64,000 bases of DNA, from positions 62,001-126,000 of IMG/VR virus record IMGVR_UViG_3300021959_006017; one strand, written 5' to 3'. A model generated the notes under the pieces. The model was not told where the DNA came from, did no database searches, and saw nothing but the letters and a program-made list of their open reading frames with translations. The stretch's first letter is position 1. The number at the start of each line of letters is the position of its first letter. This document shows, piece by piece, positions 1 through 9,711 of the stretch. Both the position numbers and the translations under genes were made by a program.

Positions 1-146
1 TTAGTATAAACGTACATGGACGTGACAGTCGAATCTTGGTTAATCACTATACCTACAAACTCTTGCCCTCCGTAGGTAATAACCGATAGAAACGGAAATT
101 TTTCTTGTATTTCTTTTGTTAACATAGTTTCCCGATAAATAATATT

Positions 147-914
147 ATGCAATTAATACCTAGATATTTAGTCACAAATAGAATCAACATTGTCGCAGAT
201 GTGGCAGGATTCATTACGGAGTATAGACCAGTGTACAATAAACAAATACAACTTTATAAAGGCGTTGACAATGTTATAGAGTTTAAAGTTCTCAACGCAG
301 ATCAAAAAGCAGTAGACATAAGTTCATACACACCGACTGTGTATGCATTTGGAGAAGATAAAACACTGCTTATAGAAAAACAAGGAGTAGTATCCGCAAC
401 TAAAGGAGTGTTTACTGTAACTATTACAGAAAGCGACTTGCTTAATATTAAACAACAGTATCTAGGTTATAATGTATTGCTAAACACAGACTCCGGAAAA
501 ACATTAACATACGCTCACAGTAACTTTGATAATGATGCTACAATGTTTATTAATGCTAGAACAATGCCTGGTCCATTAGCAACATACGAAGTTACACAGT
601 TTGCCGAAACAGCAGTAAACAGTGATGTATGGGTTAGCGAAAGTATAACAGCACAGCCTGCTATCAATGGCAACGAAGCACTACATACAGCAGCCGTATA
701 TACAGACGGTTATGCTGGAGATGTTACTGTACAAGCAACACTTGACAATCAAGTAACAGGTAACACTGTATGGGCAAACGTAAGCACACTAACATTTACA
801 GGGTCAGAAACACAACCTACACCTGTTAACTTTAATGGTGTATACAGTTATTTAAGATTCAAAACAGACGCAGATCCTGCTAGTACTATAACAAAGGTTT
901 TGGTCAGAAATTAG
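147..914 (+). CDS. putative virion structural protein
   Basis: 255 aa, Thr/Val/Asn-rich beta-type composition; TAAATA late-type motif 5 nt upstream of ATG. Confidence 0.5.
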   Translation: MQLIPRYLVTNRINIVADVAGFITEYRPVYNKQIQLYKGVDNVIEFKVLNADQKAVDISSYTPTVYAFGEDKTLLIEKQGVVSATKGVFTVTITESDLLNIKQQYLGYNVLLNTDSGKTLTYAHSNFDNDATMFINARTMPGPLATYEVTQFAETAVNSDVWVSESITAQPAINGNEALHTAAVYTDGYAGDVTVQATLDNQVTGNTVWANVSTLTFTGSETQPTPVNFNGVYSYLRFKTDADPASTITKVLVRN

Positions 915-915
915 G

Positions 916-943
916 TTGACATATATTAAAAATAATATATAAT
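916..943 (+). promoter_or_regulatory. sigma70-type promoter (TTGACA-N16-TATAAT), likely leaderless transcript
   Basis: Near-consensus boxes; ATG at 950 lies 6 nt after the -10 box. Confidence 0.7.
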
Positions 944-949
944 ATAGTA

Positions 950-1312
950 ATGTATAAAATAATAATAACATTAGTGGCAACATTGTTTGCCACTTTTTCT
1001 TATGCTAACGAAGAAACTAAAAAGTCATTTACAGATGATATGACATTTAGTGTTACATTAGAAAGAGGCATGGAAACAGAACTACAATATGGTTACTTCT
1101 ATGCTACTAAGCCAATAACTAACAAACTCAGCACAACATACGGTGCAACATGGGATATAGACGCTGTAGGTAAATCTTTAGTAGATTTATCAAGTCAAAC
1201 TATAAATGTTAGTTATCAAGTAAACGATAATCTAAGTGTATATGCACTTACTGATTTAAATGATAATTTTGAGAGATCGGAAACATGGGTAGGTACAACT
1301 TACATTTGGTAG
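950..1312 (+). CDS. exported protein, possible small outer-membrane beta-barrel
   Basis: Signal peptide (MYKIIITLVATLFATFSYA), alternating beta-strand pattern, C-terminal aromatic (TYIW). Confidence 0.45.
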   Translation: MYKIIITLVATLFATFSYANEETKKSFTDDMTFSVTLERGMETELQYGYFYATKPITNKLSTTYGATWDIDAVGKSLVDLSSQTINVSYQVNDNLSVYALTDLNDNFERSETWVGTTYIW

Positions 1313-1770
1313 GATGGATAGCTGGACTAACTCTGCTACTAGGACTTAGCAGAGTTATTCCTCACCCACCTAACTTTACACCAATACTAGCAGTTGGAAT
1401 ATTTGTTCCTTTGCTAACAGGTAAATGGCAACATGCACTTCCACTAACACTAGGTGCTATGTTTATAGGAGATTTGTTTTGGGGATTACATCCTTATATG
1501 GCATGGACCTATGCAAGCGTAGCTTTAGTATCATTAGTAGCATTAAATATGAGTTTGTTGGTTAACTGCATTGTTGCTCCTATTATCTTTTTTATAATAA
1601 CAAACTTTGGTGTATGGACTAGCGGTTACTATGGATTAACCCTAGAAGGATTAATAGCATGTTATATTGCTGCTATTCCTTTCTTCCATATGACACTATT
1701 AGGAACTATTGTATATACAGGTCTGTTTTACGGATTATACAAAACTTATAGCCAAAAAGTCTTGACATAA
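1285..1770 (+). CDS. DUF6580-like integral membrane protein (putative ECF-type vitamin S-component)
   Basis: IPHPPNFTP motif, about 5-6 hydrophobic helices. Confidence 0.6.
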   Translation: MGRYNLHLVGWIAGLTLLLGLSRVIPHPPNFTPILAVGIFVPLLTGKWQHALPLTLGAMFIGDLFWGLHPYMAWTYASVALVSLVALNMSLLVNCIVAPIIFFIITNFGVWTSGYYGLTLEGLIACYIAAIPFFHMTLLGTIVYTGLFYGLYKTYSQKVLT

Positions 1771-1790
1771 TCTAACACTGGTACTATAAT
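1762..1790 (+). promoter_or_regulatory. sigma70 promoter TTGACA-N17-TATAAT for primase
   Basis: Perfect consensus; ATG 6 nt downstream. Confidence 0.8.
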
Positions 1791-1796
1791 AATAGT

Positions 1797-2798
1797 ATGA
1801 GTGTAGTAAACGATACAGTTCTGACATACCTTCCTGCAAAGCGTAAGCAATCGCCGAGCGGATGGATCTCCTTCAATGCGCCGTGCTGTCATCATAACGG
1901 ACACTCTGTGGATACTCGCGGTAGAGGCGGTTTGATATCTAATGCCGATGGTAGTGTTAGCTATCACTGCTTCAACTGCGGTTTCAAAGCAAGCTGGCAA
2001 CCGGGCAGATCTTTCAGTCACAAACTACGGAAGCTCCTTCAATGGTGTGGAGCACCTGACGATATAATCAACAAGGTCGCATTAGAGGTGATGAGAGAGA
2101 ATGAAGGTGTAGAGGCTAAAACACGTATTGCCGAACTGCCATCATTCAATACTGTCCCGTTGCCAGACGATGCTGTTAAGATTGCAGACATACCTGACTA
2201 CAACGAGAACAACATAGGCTTCAAACATTTTCTTTCTGTAATACAATACATAGCAGATCGCAATCTTAACTTGGATGATACAGATTACTATTGGAGCCCT
2301 AGCTTAGGTTATCGTGATAGATTGATCATACCCTTCTACTATGAAGGACGCATTGTAGGCTGGACAGGTAGAGCAGTAGTATCTGATAAAAAGCCTAAGT
2401 ACCTTACAGAAGTACAACCAGGTTATGTGTTTAACTTAGATGAACAACGATATAACAAAGTATTCTGTATTGTTTGTGAAGGACAGATTGATGCACTGCA
2501 CGTAGAAGGTTGTGCTTTAGGTGGATCAGAAATAAATGATCAGCAAGCAATGCTGTTAAATAGATTAAACAAGGAAATAATCGTCGTACCTGATAGAGAC
2601 AAAGCAGGTAGCAAACTTGTTGAACGTGCTATTGAACTAGGTTGGTCAGTAGCAATGCCTGAATGGGCAGAAGATGTAAACGATATTAGTGATGCTGTAC
2701 AACGCTATGGCAGACTATATACTTTACATAGTATAGCTACTTCAAGTGAAGATAGCGCACTAAAAATAAGGCTGAGAGCAAAAAAATGGTTTGGTTAA
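1797..2798 (+). CDS. DNA primase (T4 gp61-like)
   Basis: N-terminal Zn finger (CCHH...YHCFNCG), TOPRIM motifs CEGQIDA, VPDRDKAG, DVNDISD. Confidence 0.88.
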   Translation: MSVVNDTVLTYLPAKRKQSPSGWISFNAPCCHHNGHSVDTRGRGGLISNADGSVSYHCFNCGFKASWQPGRSFSHKLRKLLQWCGAPDDIINKVALEVMRENEGVEAKTRIAELPSFNTVPLPDDAVKIADIPDYNENNIGFKHFLSVIQYIADRNLNLDDTDYYWSPSLGYRDRLIIPFYYEGRIVGWTGRAVVSDKKPKYLTEVQPGYVFNLDEQRYNKVFCIVCEGQIDALHVEGCALGGSEINDQQAMLLNRLNKEIIVVPDRDKAGSKLVERAIELGWSVAMPEWAEDVNDISDAVQRYGRLYTLHSIATSSEDSALKIRLRAKKWFG

Positions 2799-2920
2799 AA
2801 AATGTATTAAGAAAGGTGTGGGATATTTTAACTTATCCTTATATTAGTATCAGAGACGAGATACGCTTTAGAAGACGACTAAAGGAACTACGCAAGAAAG
2901 ATCCCTTTATATATAAATGA
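2786..2920 (+). CDS. small hypothetical protein (44 aa, ends KDPFIYK)
   Basis: Translated manually; overlaps both neighbouring genes as in an operon. Confidence 0.5.
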   Translation: MVWLKNVLRKVWDILTYPYISIRDEIRFRRRLKELRKKDPFIYK

Positions 2921-3153
2921 TAGAACTTAAAATAGGCATATGGAATTTACTAAAAAAGATTATAGGTGGTTCTTCGCTTACACTTGCCATAGTGTATACA
3001 CTGGGGCATATATTCATTGCAATGACTTGCAATAGATTGATAACAGGAGCGGCATTAGATCTTGCCGCACTAGATGCAATAGTAGAGCCAATTATAAATG
3101 GTTTTTGGTTTTACATACTGCACAACGCATGGAAACGATTTAAAGATGATTAA
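2917..3153 (+). CDS. DUF2061-like small membrane protein
   Basis: YTLGHIFIAM...AIVEPIINGFWFYILHNAW pattern. Confidence 0.65.
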   Translation: MIELKIGIWNLLKKIIGGSSLTLAIVYTLGHIFIAMTCNRLITGAALDLAALDAIVEPIINGFWFYILHNAWKRFKDD

Positions 3154-4117
3154 ATGGGGAATGGTTGGCAACAGTCACGATGCCAGCCTTGCTGTATTTG
3201 AAGACAGTAAACTATTATGGGCTAGTCTAGCAAAAGATTTTTCAGGAGTAGATCACGACCCCGATCTCGATGACACACAACTTAAAGTAGCTATACAAAG
3301 TTTTGGCAAGCCTGATCAAATAGTTTGGTATGAAAAGCCTGGGCTCAAAACATTTAGACAGTGGAGAGCAGGACAAGGATGGCTGTGGAAAGAAAATAAT
3401 ATACGCAGATATCTAAAACGTTGGAACATTACAGCACCCATTACATATACCCAACACCATCTTTCACATGCTGCCTATGCATATTATACCCAGCCACATG
3501 ATGATTGTGCTGTAATATGTTTGGATAGTATAGGAGAGTTCGAGACCCTTACAGTATGGCACGGGATCCGTGGACAACTTAACAAAATATACAGTCAGGG
3601 TTATCCACATAGCCTCGGACTTTTCTATAGTGCTATGACTCAACGTATGGGCCTACAAGCGCAACGTGACGAATACTTAGTAGCCCAATGGGCAAAGAAA
3701 GGCAACGCTAAAAGATTGTCACATGTAATACGAAAAGAACTTATTAATGTTGATCACGAAAGTCGTAGCCCCCAGAAGATTAAGATGAGAGTTAACCTAC
3801 ACAGAGGTTGTCGTTGGTGGAGGCCTGAACTAAACTCACAACAAGATATGTATGATATAGCAGCAGCTACACAAGCTATCTTTGAATACTGTGTAAGCAT
3901 TCTGAGTATATGGGCAAAAGTAAAAACAGACAGTAACCATTTAGCACTAGCAGGTGGCGGCGCATTGAATAAAGATGCAATAGATAAAATAAAAAATCAA
4001 TGGACTAACATATGGGTGCCACCTAATCCTGGCGACCCTGGTAGTTGTATAGGCGCAGTATTAGCAAAGACAGAAACAAAGATAACACTTGACAAACAAT
4101 GGTATAAGAAAGTATAA
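3146..4117 (+). CDS. carbamoyltransferase (NodU/CmcH family), N-terminal Kae1-like domain only
   Basis: SHDASLA, HHLSHAAYAY, DSIGE, SLGLFY, LAGGGALN, PNPGDPGSCIGA; C-terminal domain absent; start set at MIKWG. Confidence 0.82.
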   Translation: MIKWGMVGNSHDASLAVFEDSKLLWASLAKDFSGVDHDPDLDDTQLKVAIQSFGKPDQIVWYEKPGLKTFRQWRAGQGWLWKENNIRRYLKRWNITAPITYTQHHLSHAAYAYYTQPHDDCAVICLDSIGEFETLTVWHGIRGQLNKIYSQGYPHSLGLFYSAMTQRMGLQAQRDEYLVAQWAKKGNAKRLSHVIRKELINVDHESRSPQKIKMRVNLHRGCRWWRPELNSQQDMYDIAAATQAIFEYCVSILSIWAKVKTDSNHLALAGGGALNKDAIDKIKNQWTNIWVPPNPGDPGSCIGAVLAKTETKITLDKQWYKKV

Positions 4118-4118
4118 T
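4089..4118 (+). promoter_or_regulatory. sigma70 promoter TTGACA-N18-TATAAT for helicase
   Basis: Consensus boxes; ATG 6 nt downstream. Confidence 0.7.
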
Positions 4119-4124
4119 AAACGT

Positions 4125-5552
4125 ATGAGCAGACAGAACACAGACTACGGATACGACATACAAAAAGTTTACTTAGAGATGTTTATGACAGATGCAGAAT
4201 CGTTTGTCAGATGTCAAGGTGTGTTTGACCCAAACACATTTGATCGTAGACTACAAGAGCCTGCAAAGTTCTTAAAGGTCTATGTAGAAGAGCATAATGC
4301 TATTCCTACATTTGATATGATTAATGCAGCAACAGATGTTAATCTAAAAGATCCAGGACAGTTACAGGAGAATCACTATGACTGGCTTCTACAGGAGTTT
4401 GAAACGTTCAGTAGGCACAAGGCACTTGAGAAAGCAATACTTGACTCGGCAGACTTACTTGAGAAAGGTGAGTATGGACCGGTCGAGGACCTTGTTAAGA
4501 AAGCAGTACAGATTGGCTTACAGAAGGATTTGGGTACAGACTATTTTGCAGACCCGAAGAGCAGACTAGAAGCAATCAAAGACAAGAACGGACAAGTAAG
4601 CACAGGTTGGCCTACGCTAGACAAGAAACTGTTTGGTGGGTTTAACAGAGGAGAGCTTAATATCTTTGCAGGTGGTTCAGGTTCTGGTAAATCGTTGTTT
4701 ATGGCAAATATGGGTGTAAACTGGTGTTTGCAGGGCATGAACGTTATGTACTTGACGTTTGAGCTTTCAGAGAACTTAGTAGGTATGCGATTAGATGCTA
4801 TGACATCAGAGATTCCGAGCAGAGATATCTTTAAGAGTATTGATGATGTACAAATGAAAGTCAAGATGATTGGCAAGAAGTCGGGGGCATTTCAAATCAA
4901 ATATATGCCCACAGGCAAGAATGCAAACGACATACGTGCTTATCTAAAAGAATATGAAATCAAAACAGGCAAGAAGGTAGATGTACTACTTATTGACTAT
5001 TTAGATTTGATGCACCCGATAGGACAAAAGATTAGTGCAGAGAACTTGTTTGTTAAGGACAAGTATGTATCAGAAGAACTGCGTAACCTAGCTATGGAAC
5101 TTAACTGTATCTTTGTTACAGCATCGCAGTTGAATAGATCTAGTGTTGAGGAGATAGAGTTTGACCACAGCCATATTAGTGGCGGTATTAGTAAAATTAA
5201 TACAGCTGACAATCTCATAGGTATTTTTACAAGTAGAGCAATGCGTGAACGTGGACGTTATCAGATACAGTTGATGAAGACACGTTCGTCAAGTGGTGTT
5301 GGACAAAAGATTGATCTAGCATTTGATGTAGATACATTGCGTATCACAGACTTAGGCGAAGACGGAGAAGAGCAAGCAACTGCAATCTCAGGTGGTTCAA
5401 AGATTCTTGATGCACTTAAACGCACACCAACACAGGGCAGCTCAGGTACAGTTAGTACAGATCCAGAAGATGGACAACCTGTTAAAAAGATTAGAGCAGA
5501 AACAGATTCAACAAAACTTAGACAGTTTCTAAATAACTTAGGAGATGATTAA
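4125..5552 (+). CDS. replicative DnaB-like DNA helicase (T4 gp41-like)
   Basis: Walker A AGGSGSGKS, Walker B LIDYLD, TASQLNR, MKTR motifs. Confidence 0.92.
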   Translation: MSRQNTDYGYDIQKVYLEMFMTDAESFVRCQGVFDPNTFDRRLQEPAKFLKVYVEEHNAIPTFDMINAATDVNLKDPGQLQENHYDWLLQEFETFSRHKALEKAILDSADLLEKGEYGPVEDLVKKAVQIGLQKDLGTDYFADPKSRLEAIKDKNGQVSTGWPTLDKKLFGGFNRGELNIFAGGSGSGKSLFMANMGVNWCLQGMNVMYLTFELSENLVGMRLDAMTSEIPSRDIFKSIDDVQMKVKMIGKKSGAFQIKYMPTGKNANDIRAYLKEYEIKTGKKVDVLLIDYLDLMHPIGQKISAENLFVKDKYVSEELRNLAMELNCIFVTASQLNRSSVEEIEFDHSHISGGISKINTADNLIGIFTSRAMRERGRYQIQLMKTRSSSGVGQKIDLAFDVDTLRITDLGEDGEEQATAISGGSKILDALKRTPTQGSSGTVSTDPEDGQPVKKIRAETDSTKLRQFLNNLGDD

Positions 5553-5554
5553 TA

Positions 5555-5986
5555 GTGCTTAGACTTGCAAATGATGATTGGACATTAGGACATGTAAAAG
5601 ACGATCCAGTTCGTCCGCATTTACCCATGACGTGGCGTGTTACTAATGGACGCGAAGTTTACATATTAGAAGATGACTACGCAGGTATAGCAAGGGCAGT
5701 TGTGTGTGTTGCATACACTAATGGTATTGCTATTACTGAAGACGATCTAAACAACACACAAGATCCAGATACTGCTATGTTCTATACAGTGTGGAGTTAT
5801 GACAAAGGTGCAGGCAGAGAGATTATCTTTAGCACAGCAGAAGTAATCCAACGAGAGAAGCCACACATCAAACGCTACTGTACACTAAGTCCTTTAACTG
5901 AAATGGCAGAGAAGTTTCATTTGCGTAATGGTGCAAAGTTTTTACGCAAAGGCGATACATGTCAGAACTTTGAATACGAGGTATAG
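5555..5986 (+). CDS. hypothetical protein, possible GNAT-like fold
   Basis: FYTVWSYDKGAGR and TLSPLTEMAEKFHLRNGA resemble acetyltransferase motifs. Confidence 0.4.
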   Translation: MLRLANDDWTLGHVKDDPVRPHLPMTWRVTNGREVYILEDDYAGIARAVVCVAYTNGIAITEDDLNNTQDPDTAMFYTVWSYDKGAGREIIFSTAEVIQREKPHIKRYCTLSPLTEMAEKFHLRNGAKFLRKGDTCQNFEYEV

Positions 5987-5987
5987 T

Positions 5988-6701
5988 ATGACTGAAATGT
6001 TACGTGTTACAGAAGTTGAACACTACACAGATAGATTATTTCGAATAAGAACAGAAAGACCACAAAGCCACAGATTTACAGCTGGCGAGTTTACAATGAT
6101 AGGCATGGGTGACGATGACATCATGCGAGCCTATAGTTATACTAGTGGTCCGTATGACGAGTACTTGGAGTTTTATTCTATCAAAGTACCAGATGGTCCT
6201 CTTACTAGTAGACTACAACACATACAAGTAGGCGACGAGCTTGAAGTTGGAAACAGGCCCACAGGCACACTAACACTTGCTAATCTAGAACTAGGTGGCA
6301 ACTTGTGGTTGTTGGCAACAGGCACTGGTATTGCACCTTTTATTAGTTTGCTTAGAGATCCGGACACATACGATCAGTTCGACAAGATACATGTGGTATG
6401 GAGTGTGCGAACACAGCCAGAGCTACTGGCTTACAATAGTTTCTTACAAGAACTAGACATAGACTACACACCTGTTGTTACACAAGATCCAGACTGGCAA
6501 GAGTTGAATCAGCGTATCACAAAAATGATCAGTGCAGGTGTTATACTAGCCGGCGCACAGCCGGAAACAGATCGAGTAATGATCTGTGGCAGTATGCCAT
6601 TTAACACAGACGTCAAAGACATGCTCACAGCATGGGGTTGGCAAGAAGGTACTCGCAGAGTAGCAGGCACATTTGTACAAGAAAAAGCATTTGTACTATG
6701 A
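5988..6701 (+). CDS. fpr: ferredoxin--NADP(+) reductase (bacterial Fpr type)
   Basis: RAYSYTS, YSIKVPDGPLTS, ATGTGIAPFIS, MICGS motifs; start set at MTEML. Confidence 0.9.
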   Translation: MTEMLRVTEVEHYTDRLFRIRTERPQSHRFTAGEFTMIGMGDDDIMRAYSYTSGPYDEYLEFYSIKVPDGPLTSRLQHIQVGDELEVGNRPTGTLTLANLELGGNLWLLATGTGIAPFISLLRDPDTYDQFDKIHVVWSVRTQPELLAYNSFLQELDIDYTPVVTQDPDWQELNQRITKMISAGVILAGAQPETDRVMICGSMPFNTDVKDMLTAWGWQEGTRRVAGTFVQEKAFVL

Positions 6702-6955
6702 GGCGTTTCTTTCTAGGCTCATGTGATTTCAAATGGACACATCGAGAAGAAAAGATGGCACACATATGGGTACGCCGAGAACTAGGCGAAGAACTCTACA
6801 AGCAGTGCAACCAACCTGGATTTGATCTATACTTCGAATACTCAGACAGTGTAATAGTACCGGATACCTACTGTCGCTGTGACATATATGTAGATGTCCA
6901 CGATAGTCCGACAGCAACATGGTTTGCACTTAAATATCCTGTACTGGAGAAATAA
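6698..6955 (+). CDS. hypothetical protein
   Basis: Operon-coupled ORF (ATGA overlap). Confidence 0.5.
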   Translation: MRRFFLGSCDFKWTHREEKMAHIWVRRELGEELYKQCNQPGFDLYFEYSDSVIVPDTYCRCDIYVDVHDSPTATWFALKYPVLEK

Positions 6956-7662
6956 TGACGATATGGGTATATGGTGATAGCTACTGTACTGACGACGGTG
7001 TAGACTACAACTGGTTCAAACAGTTAAGCTCAATCACACGACAAACTGTAATAGCAAAAGGTGTTCGCGGTTGTAGCAACAACTGGATTGCACAATCAAT
7101 ATCACAGCAACACAAAGAACACAAGCAAGGTGATTGGATCATTATGATTCAAACACAAGAAGACAGGCAATGGTTCTGGGAAGACAAGCCTGAGGCATGC
7201 AACTGGCAAAACCATTCAGACCCTGTTGGCGTATTGGGCATTTCACGTCAAGAACATGCAGCAGCCAAACAATGGCTAACACATCTCTACAATAGACAAG
7301 ACGTTGCTTGGACTACGTTTACAAACTCAACTTGGCTAGCAGCCTACACAATACCTCAAGGCATGCGCTATTTGGTTATACCTGGATTTATAAACTCTAT
7401 AGAACCTTACAACAGTTTCATTGGTGTGCGAGGTACACTAACAGAGTTTGTAAGCTATAGAGAGTTTCCAGACAGAGCAAGTTACCAAGCAGCACTAAGA
7501 TCGCCCAGCGGCGATGCTAGAGCCAATCATCTAGGCCCAAACAATCATGCTATACTAGCACGTAAGATCTCAGACTGTGTTCTAGGACACTCAGGTGAAC
7601 TAGATCTAACTCAAGGATTTGAAATAGTAAAGAAAGAGTTTACAGCAGAAGACTATGAATAG
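6955..7662 (+). CDS. SGNH/GDSL-hydrolase-like protein
   Basis: N-terminal YGDSY, GCSN block, C-terminal NHLG. Confidence 0.5.
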   Translation: MTIWVYGDSYCTDDGVDYNWFKQLSSITRQTVIAKGVRGCSNNWIAQSISQQHKEHKQGDWIIMIQTQEDRQWFWEDKPEACNWQNHSDPVGVLGISRQEHAAAKQWLTHLYNRQDVAWTTFTNSTWLAAYTIPQGMRYLVIPGFINSIEPYNSFIGVRGTLTEFVSYREFPDRASYQAALRSPSGDARANHLGPNNHAILARKISDCVLGHSGELDLTQGFEIVKKEFTAEDYE

Positions 7663-8317
7663 AGTACTGATCAAAACAGCAGGACGCACAGGTTCGCATG
7701 TGATAGCATGGCAAGAAGTAGAACGACTTGGCATCGATTATCTACACCACAATGACGTAGACGGCACACCAGACCAACTGTACACACTGCAAGGACCTTG
7801 TGTGGTACACGATCACACCAAGTATGTGCCTTCGGACAGCAGCGAATGGGATCTCATAGTAAGTCTAAGACGAGATGTGTATGCACAAGCAGCCAGTTGG
7901 TGTATAGCAAATGCAACCAATAACTTTGGACATGCTCCCGCAGCAGATGGTGAGTTTATACTAGATCCAGAACGATTTATCATAAGTCTCAAAAACTTTA
8001 AAGTAGTAAACTACTATTGGCATCTACTGGCCAAGTTCTACAACTGGCACAGTGTACGAGTTGTGTACTGGGAAGATCTACTGCCCCTAGACAGAACATA
8101 TCCACGCAACCATCCCGGAGCAAGCCACGACAGAGTAGTCAATCACACGGTACTACGAGAACTAACACAAAAGTACATAGACAATCACAACTGGGCAATA
8201 GCACAAGCTATTGATATGGCACAGCAGTATATAGGTAGAATAGACAGAGGACAAGCCCGCCGCATCCTCGTAGATCAAGACCAGCGCGAAGCGCCTGCGG
8301 TAAGCCCCAACCCGTGA
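7655..8317 (+). CDS. sulfotransferase-like P-loop protein
   Basis: KTAGRTGSH PAPS-loop-like, SLRRDVYAQAASW, VYWEDL. Confidence 0.5.
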   Translation: MNRVLIKTAGRTGSHVIAWQEVERLGIDYLHHNDVDGTPDQLYTLQGPCVVHDHTKYVPSDSSEWDLIVSLRRDVYAQAASWCIANATNNFGHAPAADGEFILDPERFIISLKNFKVVNYYWHLLAKFYNWHSVRVVYWEDLLPLDRTYPRNHPGASHDRVVNHTVLRELTQKYIDNHNWAIAQAIDMAQQYIGRIDRGQARRILVDQDQREAPAVSPNP

Positions 8318-8527
8318 AACGGCTTGCGCTAGATTCCAGCAGCCGCGAAGCGGTAAACGCTTTTTACAAACAGTAAAATACAGCGTTTACACAGCACAAA
8401 ACAGAAAGCCCACTACAACGATACTACGCACCACTATACAAACAGTTTTCGCCAAACCATAACGATAGACTATTTACATAGCCCTGTAATACTTCTACAA
8501 TATTGATTTACTAAAAGATGAGTCTTT

Positions 8528-8764
8528 TTATGCACACACAGGAGTAAAACTCTTTGATGCACTTAGTACTAGCAGTGCAAACAATCTATCTCGCTCTGTG
8601 TCAAACAGTAGCTCTGAAGCACTACACTGACAAGCATCTATACCGTGTGCGATGTATAGTTCATTGGCTGCACAAAACGTAACAGTTTCTTTGAGCGTTT
8701 GTGTTTTTGGCTCTGGATCGTATATAAGTTTTATTTTATACATAAGCAATACAAGTAAGTGCAT
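8528..8764 (-). CDS. hypothetical protein
   Basis: Isolated ORF in an otherwise non-coding zone. Confidence 0.35.
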   Translation of the reverse strand: MHLLVLLMYKIKLIYDPEPKTQTLKETVTFCAANELYIAHGIDACQCSASELLFDTERDRLFALLVLSASKSFTPVCA

Positions 8765-9173
8765 ACAGTGTGTCGTCTAGTTGGCTATTCACTAAAATAG
8801 CTGAAGCCCCAGCAATACAACAATACTGTCCCAACTGCGATAAATCACTGTATGCACACTATTACTTATGCTTGCTATACATTGGTGCTACAGTTAAGAG
8901 GTTCTTGTTTAAGCACGTATAATGAGCTTGCGCTCATTAACAGTTCGTTAGTCACTCACTGTAGTACTAGCGTTATAGTATTGCCCGAAATGGGTATTGC
9001 AGGATAAAAATTTTGTCGCGCAAAAAATTGTGGTGGAGTACTTATAGAAGTGAGGTGGTGATTCTGCATCACCCAGTTTTTAAAAAGCGCCATTAAGCAT
9101 TAGCTAGGGTTTTGCAAGTTTTATTTTATATAACCCCGACCCCTCGAGAAAAAAATATTTTTCTTTTTCGAAA

Positions 9174-9207
9174 AGAAAAAAAGGACTAACATTTCTGCTA
9201 GTCCTTC
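9174..9207 (-). terminator. rho-independent terminator closing the leftward early module
   Basis: AAGGACTA/TAGTCCTT stem followed by a T-run on the minus strand. Confidence 0.7.
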
Positions 9208-9212
9208 TGCGA

Positions 9213-9299
9213 CCTGCTGTGGTGTCGCGCCACTTGCCTCTAGGGCAAACTGTTACGGCCTGCTGTGGTGCCGCGCCACTTACCTTAAAGGTAAACTGT
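9213..9299 (-). repeat. two tandem 41-bp structured direct repeats (46-bp period)
   Basis: cctgctgtggtgtcgcgccacttgcctctagggcaaactgt vs cctgctgtggtgccgcgccacttaccttaaaggtaaactgt, with compensatory stem changes. Confidence 0.85.
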
Positions 9300-9300
9300 A

Positions 9301-9642
9301 TTAGTCTAGTCTGCTACCTGCGTAAGCTCTAAAGCCGTAGCCTTCTAGCACTCGTGCAGCCGCTCGCGCACCTGCTTCTAGTGTGTCTACATTCTGTGTA
9401 GGATACTTTGAAGGATTCCATATTTGGTGTGCGCCGTTGTAGGCTTTGTTAATACCTGCTTGTTTCATAGCACGACCTAGCTTGGTGTTGCCTTTAATAC
9501 CAAATATGTCTACCCAAGCAAAGCCACAAGCACCCCATCCACCATTAGGGAAGTTTGTGTTCTCGTATTGATCCGCAGCCTGTTCTGCTGCCGCTGTTGC
9601 TTTTGCTAGGATTGCTTTAAGATCGTTTACTGTATAGTCCAT
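9301..9642 (-). CDS. hypothetical early protein (GACGFAWV motif)
   Basis: Own promoter and GAGGGC RBS. Confidence 0.75.
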   Translation of the reverse strand: MDYTVNDLKAILAKATAAAEQAADQYENTNFPNGGWGACGFAWVDIFGIKGNTKLGRAMKQAGINKAYNGAHQIWNPSKYPTQNVDTLEAGARAAARVLEGYGFRAYAGSRLD

Positions 9643-9711
9643 AGTGTTTAGCCCTCTCGCTATGTTTAACTTACTCTATTAGTATAGCACCTATGTGCTG
9701 TATGTCAACCC

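Noticed and set aside
4378-5218. Short alternative-frame and antisense ORFs inside the helicase (and similar ones within nrdA, guaC, 56673-58856 and others)
   Set aside because: Nested in well-supported genes, no RBS or promoter, low-complexity shadow translations
9213-9299. Possible CRISPR mini-array
   Set aside because: Only two repeat copies separated by 5 nt, no spacer-length unique sequence, no cas genes; the PD-(D/E)XK nuclease at 41424 is a common phage exonuclease
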